DNA of 64,000 nt from Candidatus Chisholmbacteria bacterium RIFCSPHIGHO2_01_FULL_52_32 (lineage in GTDB: Bacteria; Patescibacteriota; Microgenomatia; UBA1400; Chisholmbacteraceae), in the NCBI GenBank assembly GCA_001816585.1, contig MHCJ01000003.1:284228-348227 (forward strand). Reading direction: 5' to 3'. The notes below the pieces were generated by a model. The model ran no database searches. It was not told the origin of the DNA and saw only the letters and a program-made list of their open reading frames with translations. Position numbers and translations under genes: made by a program. Within the stretch, counting starts at the first letter, position 1. Every line of letters starts with the position of its first letter. Shown here one piece after another: positions 39,639 to 49,523 of the stretch.

Positions 39639-40556
39639 TTAGGCCATTGCTCTCAAGGCATCAATTCGCTCCTTCACTGGGGGGTGGGTGTTGAAGAGGT
39701 TTGCAAACCATCCGATCGCACCGTGTTTGTTTTTCAGCGGATCTGCGATATAGAGGTGGGCTGTAGCCTTGTTTGCTACCTCGAGCGGTTCTTTGTCCTG
39801 GCTTATTTTCTCCAAGGCCCTCGCCAAACCTTCAGGATACTTGGTTAGTTGTACACCTGAAGCATCCGCTAAGAATTCCCGCCTTCTCGAAATAGCCAGC
39901 TTTATCAAGTTCGCAATTAGCGGTGAGAGGAGGGCCAGGAAAAAGCCTACAATAACGATAAGCGCTGTCACCCGATTCTCATCTCCAGATCGCCTCCGAC
40001 CCCCAAATGAGGACATCCTCAGAAACCAATCTGCCAAGAGGGTCACGATGCCGATCAACACCGTGACCAGTGCCATCAACCGAATGTCGTAATTTCTAAT
40101 ATGCGAGAGCTCGTGGGCAACCACCCCCTCGAGCTCGGTCCGATCGAGCTTCTCGAGAAGACCCCGAGTCGCCACTACCACAGCGTGCTTAGGATCTCTT
40201 CCCGTGGCAAAGGCATTGGTCGCTGAGTCTTCAATTACGTACAGGCGCGGCAAGGGAAGCTGGGATGCCAGGCATAAATTTTCCGCCACGGTGAAGAAAT
40301 TGAAGTCCCGCTCCTTGGACGCGGGTCTGGCCCCTGACAATGTCAGAATTATCTGATCCGAATAGTAGAAACTTCCCAGGCTCATTAGGCCTGCAATAAC
40401 CATCGCCCAGATAGCCGCAGAAGGCCCGTAACCCAGTGCTTCGGAGAGAATCCAAGCCACCAGTACAACGAACGCAACAAACCCTACCATGACGATCAGG
40501 GATTTCGCTTTATTCCGGTCGACCTGTTCGTAGATATTGAGCATTCCAAGTCTCAC
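39639..40556 (-). CDS. htpX: HtpX membrane zinc metalloprotease (M48)
   Basis: 305 aa with N-terminal TM helices, HELSHIRNYD (HExxH) and a downstream Glu. Confidence 0.85.
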   Translation of the reverse strand: MRLGMLNIYEQVDRNKAKSLIVMVGFVAFVVLVAWILSEALGYGPSAAIWAMVIAGLMSLGSFYYSDQIILTLSGARPASKERDFNFFTVAENLCLASQLPLPRLYVIEDSATNAFATGRDPKHAVVVATRGLLEKLDRTELEGVVAHELSHIRNYDIRLMALVTVLIGIVTLLADWFLRMSSFGGRRRSGDENRVTALIVIVGFFLALLSPLIANLIKLAISRRREFLADASGVQLTKYPEGLARALEKISQDKEPLEVANKATAHLYIADPLKNKHGAIGWFANLFNTHPPVKERIDALRAMA

Positions 40557-40590
40557 CCTTTACCGACTCAGCCGAATCTTTCCTTCTTGG

Positions 40591-41178
40591 TTACTCCAGG
40601 GTCACCTTCGGAGTCTTCATTTCCTCGGCCTTAACCTCAAGATGTCCGCCTTCATGCGGTACCTTTAACCCCTCCTGTGGTTTGAAACCAAACAACTTTC
40701 CCACAATATTTGAAGGGATTGTGAGTAACATCCGGTTGAAATCCGCGACTAAATCTATCAACGTCCTTCTCGCATACATGACTTTGTCGGCCGTGTCCCG
40801 CAGCTCGTCCATCAGCTTCTTAATCGGCTCCTGGGCGCGCAGCTCCGGATTAGCCTCAACAGCGATGGTGAGTTTGGGTAAAAGCTCCTGAATCTTTGAC
40901 GCAGCATCTACCATTTTCTGGGGAGCACCTTCCTTCACCGCGCTGGTGATTGCTTTTCGTGCGTCAGTGAGCATCCGATAGATTTCCTTCTCGTGTTTCA
41001 GGTAGGATTTGGCAGCAGTCTCGAGGTTCGGAATCAGGTCGACCTGTCTCTTCAACTGGTTTCCGATTTCCTGAATTGAGGCCGTGATCCTAGTTAAAGT
41101 CGTCTGAAACCGGTTGTAAGTCGAGAAGATATAGACGAGAACAACGGCACAGGCGCCCAGTACTATCAGCACTGGCAT
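40591..41178 (-). CDS. lemA: LemA family protein
   Basis: 195 aa with a single N-terminal TM helix and the LemA pattern YNRFQT ... RQVDLIPNL. Confidence 0.8.
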   Translation of the reverse strand: MPVLIVLGACAVVLVYIFSTYNRFQTTLTRITASIQEIGNQLKRQVDLIPNLETAAKSYLKHEKEIYRMLTDARKAITSAVKEGAPQKMVDAASKIQELLPKLTIAVEANPELRAQEPIKKLMDELRDTADKVMYARRTLIDLVADFNRMLLTIPSNIVGKLFGFKPQEGLKVPHEGGHLEVKAEEMKTPKVTLE

Positions 41179-41194
41179 GGTTCTTCACCTCCTC

Positions 41195-42985
41195 TCATAC
41201 TTGGGTCTTTGTGAGTAATATTTTCTCAAGTTCGGAATACGGTCTGGTGTTGAGGATGTGTCTTGCCTCTGCCCAGCCTCTCCTGGCAACGTCCACTCCG
41301 TACCTCATAAGATCCATATGTTCGATTGCATGCGCGTCGGTGTCTATCACCAATTGTACACCCATCCGGATAGCCTGTCGTACCAGCGTGTCAGGGAGAT
41401 CGAGTCGTGTTGGCCAAGCATTTATTTCAATGAATTTCCCGTTTTCTTTTGCGAAGGAGAAGATTTTGTCCCAGTCCGCTTCATAGCCTTCTCTTTGATT
41501 GAGGAGTCTTCCCGTCGGATGGCCCAATATTTTGACTTTTGGATGGGATAATCCTTTGAGGATTCGCTCGGTCATTTTGGCTTTCGGTATTCTCATGCTG
41601 GAATGGACAGAGGCTACCGCATAGTCAAGCATAACCAGTCCCTCATCCGGGATTGCCAGCGAACCGTCGGTTCGGATATCGATTTCTAAGGTATTGAGTA
41701 TATGTATTGTTCTATTTTCATGAGTTATTTCTATTGAGTACTTTAGTTTGTCTATTTCCTCTGATCTCTTTTTTATTTCAATAATAATTTCCTTCCGGTT
41801 ATACTCAGTTAAGCTCGGATTGTGATCCCCTATTCCGACGTATTCGTACCCAAGCTCCATCGCTTTTTCAACCATTTCCCGCATGGTATTTGCTCCCGTA
41901 TCGTGAGCGGATCTCCAAGGATAATCCGTGTGGAGATGGAGATCTCCGCGTATTTCTTCTTTTTTTATTAATTCCGGCAATTTTGCTTCGAGCGCGGCCT
42001 CAATTTCACCCTGATCTTCGCGCAACTCCGGCGGTATCCATTGCATACCCAGTGCCTTATAAAACTCCGCTTCAGAGGCGAAGGCAGCTATTTTCCCTTT
42101 TTTTCTAATGCCATGTTCTGAAAGTGAAAGGTTCTGCTCCAGGGCAATCTCCCGCAAGTGGATGTTGTGGCTTTTGCTTCCGGTGAAATGCTGCAACAAG
42201 GCTCCGTATCTGTCTGGTTTTTCAGTTTTTACGTCAATTTGCCGGCCGCTTCGGTGAACGAGCCTCGCGGTATTCTCACCAGAGGCAAGGATGTCTTTCG
42301 CATGGGGGAACCGAGTAAAATGGCTTATAACCTTTGATGGATCTTTGGTGGCTACAGCCACGTCGACGTCACCTACCGTAGAAGTGCGACGACGGAGGCT
42401 TCCCAGGGTGTCAATCTTTTCGACCGCCTTTTCCCGTTCCATGTAGGTTTGGAGTTCCTCTGCAATCTGGGTTGCTTGAGGGAGAAGCATCCGATTCTCC
42501 CTACGCTGGTACTCTTCAATCCCCTTCAGAATCTCGGACTCCGATTCTTTGCCAAACCCTTCAATTTTTTGGATTCTTCCTAATCTGGCGGCCTCCTTTA
42601 TTCGGCGAATTGCCCCATGCGCTTTTGAGATTCCTAGCTTTTTTACAAGTTTGTAGGCAGTTTTTGGTCCTATACCGGGAATTCCGATCAGTTCAAACAT
42701 CGCCTCCGGGAGGCGCGCCAAAACTGTTTGGAAATGGTCGACTTTGCCTTTGCGAAATAACTCGTCTATGTGGCCGGCGATATTCGGTCCGACCCCCGGA
42801 AGATCGCCGAGCCTTCCTTCCTCCCAAAGATCCTTCACTTCTCTATTTGCGTGTTCGATTGAGTCTGCAGCATTTTCATAAGCGCGGATACGAAACACAC
42901 TCTCGTCTTCAATTTCATACGCGCCAGATATCGCACGAAAGAGCTTTACGACCTCTTCGTTGTTCATGTTCTTATGTGTATGCAT
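41195..42985 (-). CDS. DNA polymerase X family protein with C-terminal PHP phosphoesterase domain
   Basis: 596 aa. It has an N-terminal Pol beta-like core with HhH and GVGPNIAGHI, and a C-terminal PHP domain (HLHTDYPWRSAHD ... GIGDHNP). Confidence 0.85.
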   Translation of the reverse strand: MHTHKNMNNEEVVKLFRAISGAYEIEDESVFRIRAYENAADSIEHANREVKDLWEEGRLGDLPGVGPNIAGHIDELFRKGKVDHFQTVLARLPEAMFELIGIPGIGPKTAYKLVKKLGISKAHGAIRRIKEAARLGRIQKIEGFGKESESEILKGIEEYQRRENRMLLPQATQIAEELQTYMEREKAVEKIDTLGSLRRRTSTVGDVDVAVATKDPSKVISHFTRFPHAKDILASGENTARLVHRSGRQIDVKTEKPDRYGALLQHFTGSKSHNIHLREIALEQNLSLSEHGIRKKGKIAAFASEAEFYKALGMQWIPPELREDQGEIEAALEAKLPELIKKEEIRGDLHLHTDYPWRSAHDTGANTMREMVEKAMELGYEYVGIGDHNPSLTEYNRKEIIIEIKKRSEEIDKLKYSIEITHENRTIHILNTLEIDIRTDGSLAIPDEGLVMLDYAVASVHSSMRIPKAKMTERILKGLSHPKVKILGHPTGRLLNQREGYEADWDKIFSFAKENGKFIEINAWPTRLDLPDTLVRQAIRMGVQLVIDTDAHAIEHMDLMRYGVDVARRGWAEARHILNTRPYSELEKILLTKTQV

Positions 42986-43087
42986 GCCGTTTTTTATGAT
43001 ACCATACGTGCATTGACGCGGTCCGTCTCATCTGTTAGGATACGGCCAGAACGTACGCTAAGATGCCTTGTTCCTTTTTTTTGGCTA

Positions 43088-43163
43088 GGACCCGTGGTGT
43101 AGTCTGGCCAAACACGCGTCCCTGTCAAGGACGAGATCACCGGTTCGAATCCGGCCGGGTCCG
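43088..43163 (+). tRNA. tRNA-Asp (anticodon GUC)
   Basis: Manual fold: acceptor GGACCCG/CGGGTCC, anticodon loop CTGTCAA and T-loop GGTTCGAATCC. A TTGACG-N17-TAGGAT promoter lies upstream. Confidence 0.8.
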
Positions 43164-43242
43164 CAGTATTAATTCGGGCGAATGCTTCGTCCGTTAACTG
43201 CTTCTGCCTGTCTGCCACGATATTTCTGCCTGAAAGGAGGTT

Positions 43243-43866
43243 TTGAGCCTGTTTGGCTCTATAACGTGTATGGAAGACGTTTTAAAAACATGGCTGAAAC
43301 GCCTGAAGCTTAATGAATCCACGATCAGTATGTTCTTGGGTGTCTTGGTGGTTGCTGTTGCAGGGATTCTCGTTTATAACTATTTTTCTCGCGTTGAGAA
43401 GCCTGAGGAAAAAGCCAGCCAAGAAACACCCGAGCAATATCAGCTTGAGGTGGTTGAAGAAGAAGGGAAAATGGTTCCTCAGGGATTGCCCGTTGAACAC
43501 ATCGTTTCTCCGCTTGAGCATCTTTGGGGTATTTCGGAAAAGTATTATGGCACCGGATATAATTGGGTTGATATCGCCAAGGCGAATAATCTTAGTGACC
43601 CGGGACTTATCTATCCTGAGCAGAAGCTGACTATCCCTCGGTCTGAAGTGAAGGTTATTTCAAAGTCTGCTTCGACACTGAGCACTTCCCTTGAGCCGAT
43701 TACCAGCGACTCGTACACCGTCGTCCGTGGAGACAGCCTTTGGAAGATCGCAGTACGGGCTTATCAAGACGGCTACGCTTGGCCAAAAATCTTTGCCGAA
43801 AATAAAAACCTAATCAAGGATCCCGGCCTTATCGAAGCGGATTGGGAACTCAAGATTCCTAGATAG
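43243..43866 (+). CDS. Membrane-anchored LysM-domain protein (two LysM repeats)
   Basis: 207 aa. It has an N-terminal TM helix and LysM motifs (HLWGISEKYYG ... IAKANNL; YTVVRGDSLWKIAVRAYQDG ... IFAENKNL). The start is ambiguous between TTG 43243 and ATG 43270. Confidence 0.7.
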   Translation: MSLFGSITCMEDVLKTWLKRLKLNESTISMFLGVLVVAVAGILVYNYFSRVEKPEEKASQETPEQYQLEVVEEEGKMVPQGLPVEHIVSPLEHLWGISEKYYGTGYNWVDIAKANNLSDPGLIYPEQKLTIPRSEVKVISKSASTLSTSLEPITSDSYTVVRGDSLWKIAVRAYQDGYAWPKIFAENKNLIKDPGLIEADWELKIPR

Positions 43867-44035
43867 CCCTCCTTTTGTTGCAGTCTTTCTAGAGGTGTGA
43901 TTAAATTGGAAATGGAGCCTTCATATCGGCAAACTCTAAGGATGTAATGGGAGTGGCGAAGTTTGCAAGAACGATTTTTGAAAGCAATAATACAATAATT
44001 TGCTACCGTAATTCCGGGGAAGATGTACCAATCCT

Positions 44036-44106
44036 TGCGAGATTAGTTGAGCGGCTCAACGTCACCTTCCCAAGGTGAAAAGACGGGTTCGACTCCCGTA
44101 TCTCGC
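44036..44106 (+). tRNA. tRNA-Gly (anticodon CCC)
   Basis: Manual fold: acceptor GCGAGAT/ATCTCGC, D-stem GTTG/CAAC, anticodon stem TCACC/GGTGA with loop TTCCCAA, T-arm ACGGG-TTCGACT-CCCGT. Confidence 0.75.
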
Positions 44107-44192
44107 TCTGGTTTTCCGGGCAGCACGGAACGCGTTTTATGACGATTTTGCAAAAGCGGTAGAGCAATCTCTTCGCCTACCCGCCTCAACTA

Positions 44193-44265
44193 GCCGCCTT
44201 AGCTCAGTTGGCAGAGCAGGGCTTTCGTAAAGCCAAGGTCCTCGGTTCGAATCCGAGAGGCGGCT
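44193..44265 (+). tRNA. tRNA-Thr (anticodon CGU)
   Basis: Manual fold: acceptor GCCGCCT/AGGCGGC, anticodon loop TTCGTAA (U33, A37), T-arm CTCGG-TTCGAAT-CCGAG. The 27-43 pair is a G-A mismatch. Confidence 0.7.
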
Positions 44266-44285
44266 CAGGCAAGTAGGGCAGGTAA

Positions 44286-44318
44286 AGACAAGATCCTCTG
44301 TTCGAATCCGTGAGGCAA
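44286..44318 (+). other. Degenerate duplicate of a tRNA 3-prime half (T-arm plus acceptor remnant)
   Basis: The sequence GATCCTCTGTTCGAATCCGTGAGGCA resembles the T-arm/acceptor of the adjacent tRNA-Thr (GGTCCTCGGTTCGAATCCGAGAGGCGGC). It has no 5-prime half and cannot fold as a tRNA. Confidence 0.5.
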
Positions 44319-44329
44319 TTTTTAGGTTT

Positions 44330-45079
44330 TTGATATCATCTCAAATGGCTCGCACTCGCTTTCACTACCGTTCGAGACTATCCCGCAAGGAAGGTCAACG
44401 CTACGCCCGGCAGACATTCATCTTTTCGTTCTTAACGCTCCTCCTTATTGCCGTCCTCTTGTTTTGGGGTATTCCTTCCTTAGTGAAGCTGGCTGTTTTC
44501 CTGGGTGATCTGCGCTCAAGCTCGCAGCCTGTCAGTAGTGAAGACGCTGTTCCTCCTCCCGTTCCGATTCTTCGACCGTCTGCTCCGGCCACCAATAGCG
44601 CTACCTTACGAATATCCGGTTTCTCGGAGGATGGAACCACCGTTGTCCTTTCCATCAACGGTTCCGACACCCATGAAGTGTTAGTCGAGGCAAACGGCGA
44701 ATTTCTGTTCGACAGTGTTTCGTTGCAACCAGGCGAAAATACAATATCAGCCCGCTCTGTTGATAAGGCGGGGAATGCCAGCCGCTCTTCTGCTGACGTT
44801 CGGGTCATCTACGATAACGCTTTGCCTTCCCTGACCGTCGATTCCCCTCAAGATCGAGCTTCCTTCGTCGGGTCATCCGAAAAGGTCCTCCGCGTCAGTG
44901 GGACGAGCGAATCTGATTCTGTTGTCCGAATCAATGGGCTTTTTGCCATCCTTTCCACGGAGGGAGGTTTTTCATCCTCTCTCACGCTTTCTCCTGGAGA
45001 TAACACCATTACCGTTACCGCTTCCGATCGCGCAGGCAACGAGACCGTTGTCACGCGGACGGTTTCTTACGAAGAGTAG
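44330..45079 (+). CDS. Membrane-anchored surface protein with Ig-like (Big-type) beta-sandwich repeats
   Basis: 249 aa. It has an N-terminal TM anchor and then Ser/Thr/Val-rich repeats (ISGFSEDGTTVVLSINGSD ... VSGTSESDSVVRINGLF ... TVTASDRAGNETV) typical of bacterial Ig-like domains. It may start at TTG 44330 or ATG 44345. Confidence 0.5.
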   Translation: MISSQMARTRFHYRSRLSRKEGQRYARQTFIFSFLTLLLIAVLLFWGIPSLVKLAVFLGDLRSSSQPVSSEDAVPPPVPILRPSAPATNSATLRISGFSEDGTTVVLSINGSDTHEVLVEANGEFLFDSVSLQPGENTISARSVDKAGNASRSSADVRVIYDNALPSLTVDSPQDRASFVGSSEKVLRVSGTSESDSVVRINGLFAILSTEGGFSSSLTLSPGDNTITVTASDRAGNETVVTRTVSYEE

Positions 45080-46253
45080 CTTCTTTTAGGGCAATGAGCA
45101 TCCACATCCACACCAACACCCATGGATAGAACCACGAATTGTTAAAAACCCCATGCGTAGCCAGCGCAGCAAGACTGGCAAGCCCCAATGCTTTACCAGT
45201 TCCACCTCTTTCGCTTCCAGCCAGCCAGAGCTTGTTTATTTTATAGATGAGCCAAGCGAACGCGCTGCCTCCAATAATCCCTGTGGTTACAAGAATAAAC
45301 AGGTATGAGTTCTCCACTCCTGCGCCTGAATGGCTGGTTTTCCAATCCTCTCCCAGGTAATGGTACCGTTTTTGGGCGTAGCGGAGGAGATTGAACCCCA
45401 CACCTAAGGCAGGATGATCCCTGATCATGACAGCCGCGTGTTCCCAAGTTTCTACCCGGTTAAAAAAGGAGTATTGGCGCAGTAAGTTCGTCCCTTCGCT
45501 TGCAGCCTTGGGAAGAAAAACGAGAAATAGCAAAAACAGGAAGATGCCAAGTAGGGCCTTGCCCAGCTTCTTTATCATCCACCCAAAAACCAGAAAACCG
45601 GCCAAGAAAGCCAGATAGGATGACCGGGAATAGGTGAGAAGTAGTGCAAGCGTAGAAAGTGTAACGGCCGCGATCTTTACGGGTTTGGGTTCGCTCAGCC
45701 TCATAGCAAGCAGCGCCGTCAATACCAAGATAATTCCGGTAAATCCCGGGTCAAGCAGCGTGCCGACAAGCCGGAAGGCATGATCATCCCAACCGATCCA
45801 TTTGAATTGCGTCATGTCAGGAAAGATAACGTACTGAACAATACCCAAAGCAGCAAGGCTCAGTCCTGAGAGGAGGAGGACTTCTTCATAGGAAACCGTC
45901 GTTCTTAAGACCTTCAGTCCCCGTTCAATCGGTAGCGTCAGGGTAAAGAAGTAGACTGCGGTAAGAAGCATCCAACGCAGGAGGTATAGGGAACCGGTCA
46001 TAAGCTCCGGAAGTTCGACCGTTCTTGACCCTTGGAGAAGCGACAAAGCGGCAACCAGTGAAAATAGGACGATAGGATAGGTCAGTTTCGCTTTTGGAAG
46101 CGACTTTGTCTTGAGCGCTTTGGCAATGACCACCATTGCCATCAGGCCGGCGATGAGGTCGTTCGGATACACGGCGATTCCTTGCGCCACTTCGAGCCTC
46201 ACGAGATGTCCCAAGGGGAAACTTACCAGTAACAGAATCAAGAGTACGGACAT
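45051..46253 (-). CDS. O-antigen ligase/polymerase family membrane protein (Wzy_C-like)
   Basis: 400 aa with about 10-12 TM helices and a periplasmic loop bearing the Wzy_C-like region. It overlaps the 3-prime end of the convergent upstream gene. Confidence 0.6.
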   Translation of the reverse strand: MSVLLILLLVSFPLGHLVRLEVAQGIAVYPNDLIAGLMAMVVIAKALKTKSLPKAKLTYPIVLFSLVAALSLLQGSRTVELPELMTGSLYLLRWMLLTAVYFFTLTLPIERGLKVLRTTVSYEEVLLLSGLSLAALGIVQYVIFPDMTQFKWIGWDDHAFRLVGTLLDPGFTGIILVLTALLAMRLSEPKPVKIAAVTLSTLALLLTYSRSSYLAFLAGFLVFGWMIKKLGKALLGIFLFLLFLVFLPKAASEGTNLLRQYSFFNRVETWEHAAVMIRDHPALGVGFNLLRYAQKRYHYLGEDWKTSHSGAGVENSYLFILVTTGIIGGSAFAWLIYKINKLWLAGSERGGTGKALGLASLAALATHGVFNNSWFYPWVLVWMWMLIALKEATLRKKPSA

Positions 46254-46256
46254 GGC

Positions 46257-47039
46257 TCATCTCCTCCTCATTTTCACTCGGACGAAGAGCGAATGTAGAC
46301 TCATCATGTATGCCATCACCAAGCCTGGAAATCCATCCAATAATCCGAGCAGTAGGAAATAATTTTTCACGAACTTTGCCAACGGAAGGGCGAGCGTCTC
46401 AACCGGGGATGGTGGTTCCCCTTGCCTTGTCCTGAACCTGGCTTCGATATCCGTATAGCGATTAATGTCCTCAAGGAACTGGTGAATCGTCGGATGGGGA
46501 TGGTGCTGTATCTTTCCCTCAAGTTCTCCTACCTTCCCTTTAATCTCCCAAACTTCATGCACCGGTCGGTTCCATTCCCCGGTTGACTTTTTCCCCAGAC
46601 GGATAAGCCTGGCGTGGGCGGTCTCACCAAATTTCAAACTTCTTCCCAAAAACTCGTCCTCTCTCCCCAGCCAAAAGCCTACCACATCCTTTCTGCTTAC
46701 CGCATTCTCTATCTCTTGCTTCAGTTCATCTGAGACCCATTCGTCTGCATCCAAAAAGAGGATCCATTCACCCTTGGCTTTATTGAGACCGAAATTCCGC
46801 TGGGCAGCAAAATCGCCATGCATGGTTCTTGTGAATACCGTCGCGCCCGCTTGTCCTGCCAGAACAGCGGTTTTATCTTTCGACCCGTCATCGATCACGA
46901 TGACCTCATCGCACCACCGAAGGCTCCGCAGGCATTCCTGAATGTTTTGTTCCTCGTTTTTGGTCAGGACAACTGCTGAAATTCTCGGTGAAATGGACTT
47001 CTTTATCCGGTTCTTTTCCATTTGAGATCCTTTTTTCAA
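46257..47039 (-). CDS. Family 2 glycosyltransferase
   Basis: 260 aa. It contains ISAVVLTKNEEQNIQECLRSL ... VIVIDDGSKD and a DAD (DxD) motif. Confidence 0.8.
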   Translation of the reverse strand: MKKGSQMEKNRIKKSISPRISAVVLTKNEEQNIQECLRSLRWCDEVIVIDDGSKDKTAVLAGQAGATVFTRTMHGDFAAQRNFGLNKAKGEWILFLDADEWVSDELKQEIENAVSRKDVVGFWLGREDEFLGRSLKFGETAHARLIRLGKKSTGEWNRPVHEVWEIKGKVGELEGKIQHHPHPTIHQFLEDINRYTDIEARFRTRQGEPPSPVETLALPLAKFVKNYFLLLGLLDGFPGLVMAYMMSLHSLFVRVKMRRR

Positions 47040-47051
47040 GCAGAAAATGTG

Positions 47052-48611
47052 CTAGCGCATTGGTTTTTCAACCCGTAATACGGCAAGGTTTCCTATCCAG
47101 TAGACTTTGCCTTTATGGATTTGCGGCAGTTTGGTGATGTCCTCATAAACGGTATATCGTATTTTGGTGTCCTTGACCGGTTCGTTCCCCAGCCACCAGA
47201 GGAGGTATTGGTAATTTTGGGCGTAGTTGTCTTCGAATTGATCGAATGGCCCGACCCTGGAGAGCGAGAATTGCTCTCCGCGCGCGGTTGCGACAATGGT
47301 TTTTGCAGCCTCAAGCTGCACACGGTACGGCACACGCCCGTCCTTGAGGATTTGCGTTTCGGGAAGAAAAAACCATTTTTCCGAAAAGAAGAAGCGAAGA
47401 TTGGTTACCGTCATCAGGAATAACACCAACGTAACGAGTACTTGACCTGCTCTTTTCCCAAACAGCTGCCCCAGAAGAAGACCTAAGAACAGGATCGGTA
47501 TGGGCAAGAGTGTGACAAAGTAGTGTGCCGGTGGATCTGCGTGAATAAAAAGGCCAATATACCCAATCACAAAGAGGGCTGTAAGTGTCAGCCATGACCA
47601 ATCTTTCCGGTTCTCCCCAAGCGTACGGACAGTTCTTCTTGCCGCGAAGAGCGTCACTCCTCCCACAAGGATAAAACCCAGGATTTTCGCGTCTATGACG
47701 AAGCTTTGGCTGAAAAAGTCGTACAAAGAGGAAAGATTTTTTTCCGCGATCTGGGTAGTGATGTTGTTCCTGGGGTAGAACCCCAAGAATCCCAGAACCC
47801 GGTAGGGCACCCAAATGAGCAGTTTTGTCAGCATGGAAAACCGGTTTTGGACGTCCCCAAGAAGAAACGGGAGACTGGGGATGATAAACCCAACGCCGCC
47901 GAGAAGGAGGGCTTTTTTCTTCAATTGCCTTCGATGGATATAGAGTAAAATCAAGGTCCCCGGAAGAAGAGCCAAAGGAGTCAAATGGAAGTTCAACATC
48001 ACTGCGAGAAACATCCCGACCCAGAAGAGGTTGGTAGCTTTTTGCTGTTTTCCAGAGGAAGTCTTGGGAGCTTCTAAGGCTCTGACAAGGAAAAATAGGA
48101 AGAGAAAAAAGAGGAGAGCTACTAACGAATAGAATCTTGACTCTCTCGCAAGGCTGACCCAAGCCGGAGATATCGCCATGAGATATGTTGAAAGGATGGC
48201 GACCCGTCTATCGAAAAGCTTTTCACCCACCCAGTACATCGCCACAAGCGCCACGACGCTTATCAGGGCCATAAACAGAGCACCCGTGGTTGGATCGAAG
48301 CGGCCCAAAAACAACAGGGGAGCCATCAGCCAATAGTAGAGCGGGCCAAATGCGAGCCATGGATGTGAGGTCGGAGGGCCGATAAGCGGTACAGAACCTT
48401 CAGCCACAAAGTTTTTTATCGCCAAGTAGTTGTGGCCGAGTTCTCCGTGGAACACCAGGTTTTCCGAAAGACGATAGAATCGCAAGAACGTCCCCAGAAT
48501 CAAGCTTCCCACCAATAACCCGTCCCAGGCTAAATATCCAGGTATAAACGGGCGTCGTGGTTGATGATTAGTTGTGCTGATTATTTTCTTCAGGCGCTGT
48601 TTGTTGGGCAT
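47052..48611 (-). CDS. GT-C fold membrane glycosyltransferase (ArnT/PMT-like, GT39/83-like)
   Basis: 519 aa with more than 10 TM helices. The architecture resembles dolichyl/undecaprenyl-phosphate sugar transferases. Confidence 0.6.
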   Translation of the reverse strand: MPNKQRLKKIISTTNHQPRRPFIPGYLAWDGLLVGSLILGTFLRFYRLSENLVFHGELGHNYLAIKNFVAEGSVPLIGPPTSHPWLAFGPLYYWLMAPLLFLGRFDPTTGALFMALISVVALVAMYWVGEKLFDRRVAILSTYLMAISPAWVSLARESRFYSLVALLFFLFLFFLVRALEAPKTSSGKQQKATNLFWVGMFLAVMLNFHLTPLALLPGTLILLYIHRRQLKKKALLLGGVGFIIPSLPFLLGDVQNRFSMLTKLLIWVPYRVLGFLGFYPRNNITTQIAEKNLSSLYDFFSQSFVIDAKILGFILVGGVTLFAARRTVRTLGENRKDWSWLTLTALFVIGYIGLFIHADPPAHYFVTLLPIPILFLGLLLGQLFGKRAGQVLVTLVLFLMTVTNLRFFFSEKWFFLPETQILKDGRVPYRVQLEAAKTIVATARGEQFSLSRVGPFDQFEDNYAQNYQYLLWWLGNEPVKDTKIRYTVYEDITKLPQIHKGKVYWIGNLAVLRVEKPMR

Positions 48612-48641
48612 CTTTCTTCCCTTTCACTCTCCTTGTCATTC

Positions 48642-49523
48642 CTATGTGTTCCTTGAAAGCATGCCAGCGAAAAGTAAAACAACAAGGAGACAAACAATCT
48701 TCCATCGGTCAAGCACCCAAAAGCTAAGCTGGGTTACCGTTCCGGTTACCATCCCGAAATGTTTCTTGAAATAATAGGTTCGACTGGCACGAAAGATACC
48801 CAAGGCCCTGCCTTTATTTTCGGTACTTCTGCCGGAGAGGTGAATGACTTTTGCCCTGGGTTCGAACAGAATCTTTCTGCCTAAATTTCTTGCCCGCAGG
48901 CAGAAATCCGATTCCTCAAAATACATAAAAAACCGTTCGTCAAACCCCCCGAGTTCCTCAAACAGTGCTTTTTCCACCATAAAGGCTGCTCCATGAACTG
49001 CTTCCACTTGTCTTTGGGATTTCCTATCCCACTGGGAGAGCCAATACTTCTTTGCAACGGGATTTTTTGGAAAGAATCTGTTTATGACTGAGTGAGCCAT
49101 CAGCCCAGCCAGCGGTGTGAGGGTATCCGTGCACTGAAAAGGATACACCTGCCTATTCTCCATAAGAAGTTGCGGAGCGACGATACCGACATTATTTCTC
49201 GCGTTCATCGTTTGTACACATCGGTCGATTGCTTCCTTTTCGATGATGGTATCGGGGTTGAGAAACAGGAGGTACTTTCCTTTTGCAGCCTTCGCACCCA
49301 AATTGTTACCAGCACCAAACCCGACGTTTCCTCGGGAACGTATATACCGCACCCAAGGAGCTTTTTTTCGAAGATCTGCCTCAATCCCGTCTTCCACGTC
49401 ATTATCCACCACGATCACCTCAAAGGTTGTCTTTGGGTGCGACTGTGCGATCGCTGAAAGACAATTGAAAAGTTCTTTATTCGCCCTGTAATGAACGATG
49501 ATAATTGAAACCTTCGGTTTCAT
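48642..49523 (-). CDS. Family 2 glycosyltransferase
   Basis: 293 aa. It contains [18 protein letters not shown] ... VVDNDVEDG and a C-terminal TM helix. Confidence 0.8.
   Translation of the reverse strand: MKPKVSIIIVHYRANKELFNCLSAIAQSHPKTTFEVIVVDNDVEDGIEADLRKKAPWVRYIRSRGNVGFGAGNNLGAKAAKGKYLLFLNPDTIIEKEAIDRCVQTMNARNNVGIVAPQLLMENRQVYPFQCTDTLTPLAGLMAHSVINRFFPKNPVAKKYWLSQWDRKSQRQVEAVHGAAFMVEKALFEELGGFDERFFMYFEESDFCLRARNLGRKILFEPRAKVIHLSGRSTENKGRALGIFRASRTYYFKKHFGMVTGTVTQLSFWVLDRWKIVCLLVVLLFAGMLSRNT

Noticed and set aside
42994-43218. 74-aa minus-strand ORF
   Set aside because: It overlaps the well-folded tRNA-Asp gene (43088-43163) on the opposite strand and has no RBS. It is treated as a spurious ORF.
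44330-44345. Exact start of the Ig-like surface protein gene
   Set aside because: TTG at 44330 and ATG at 44345 are both possible and neither has a good SD. It is left as in the ORF track.
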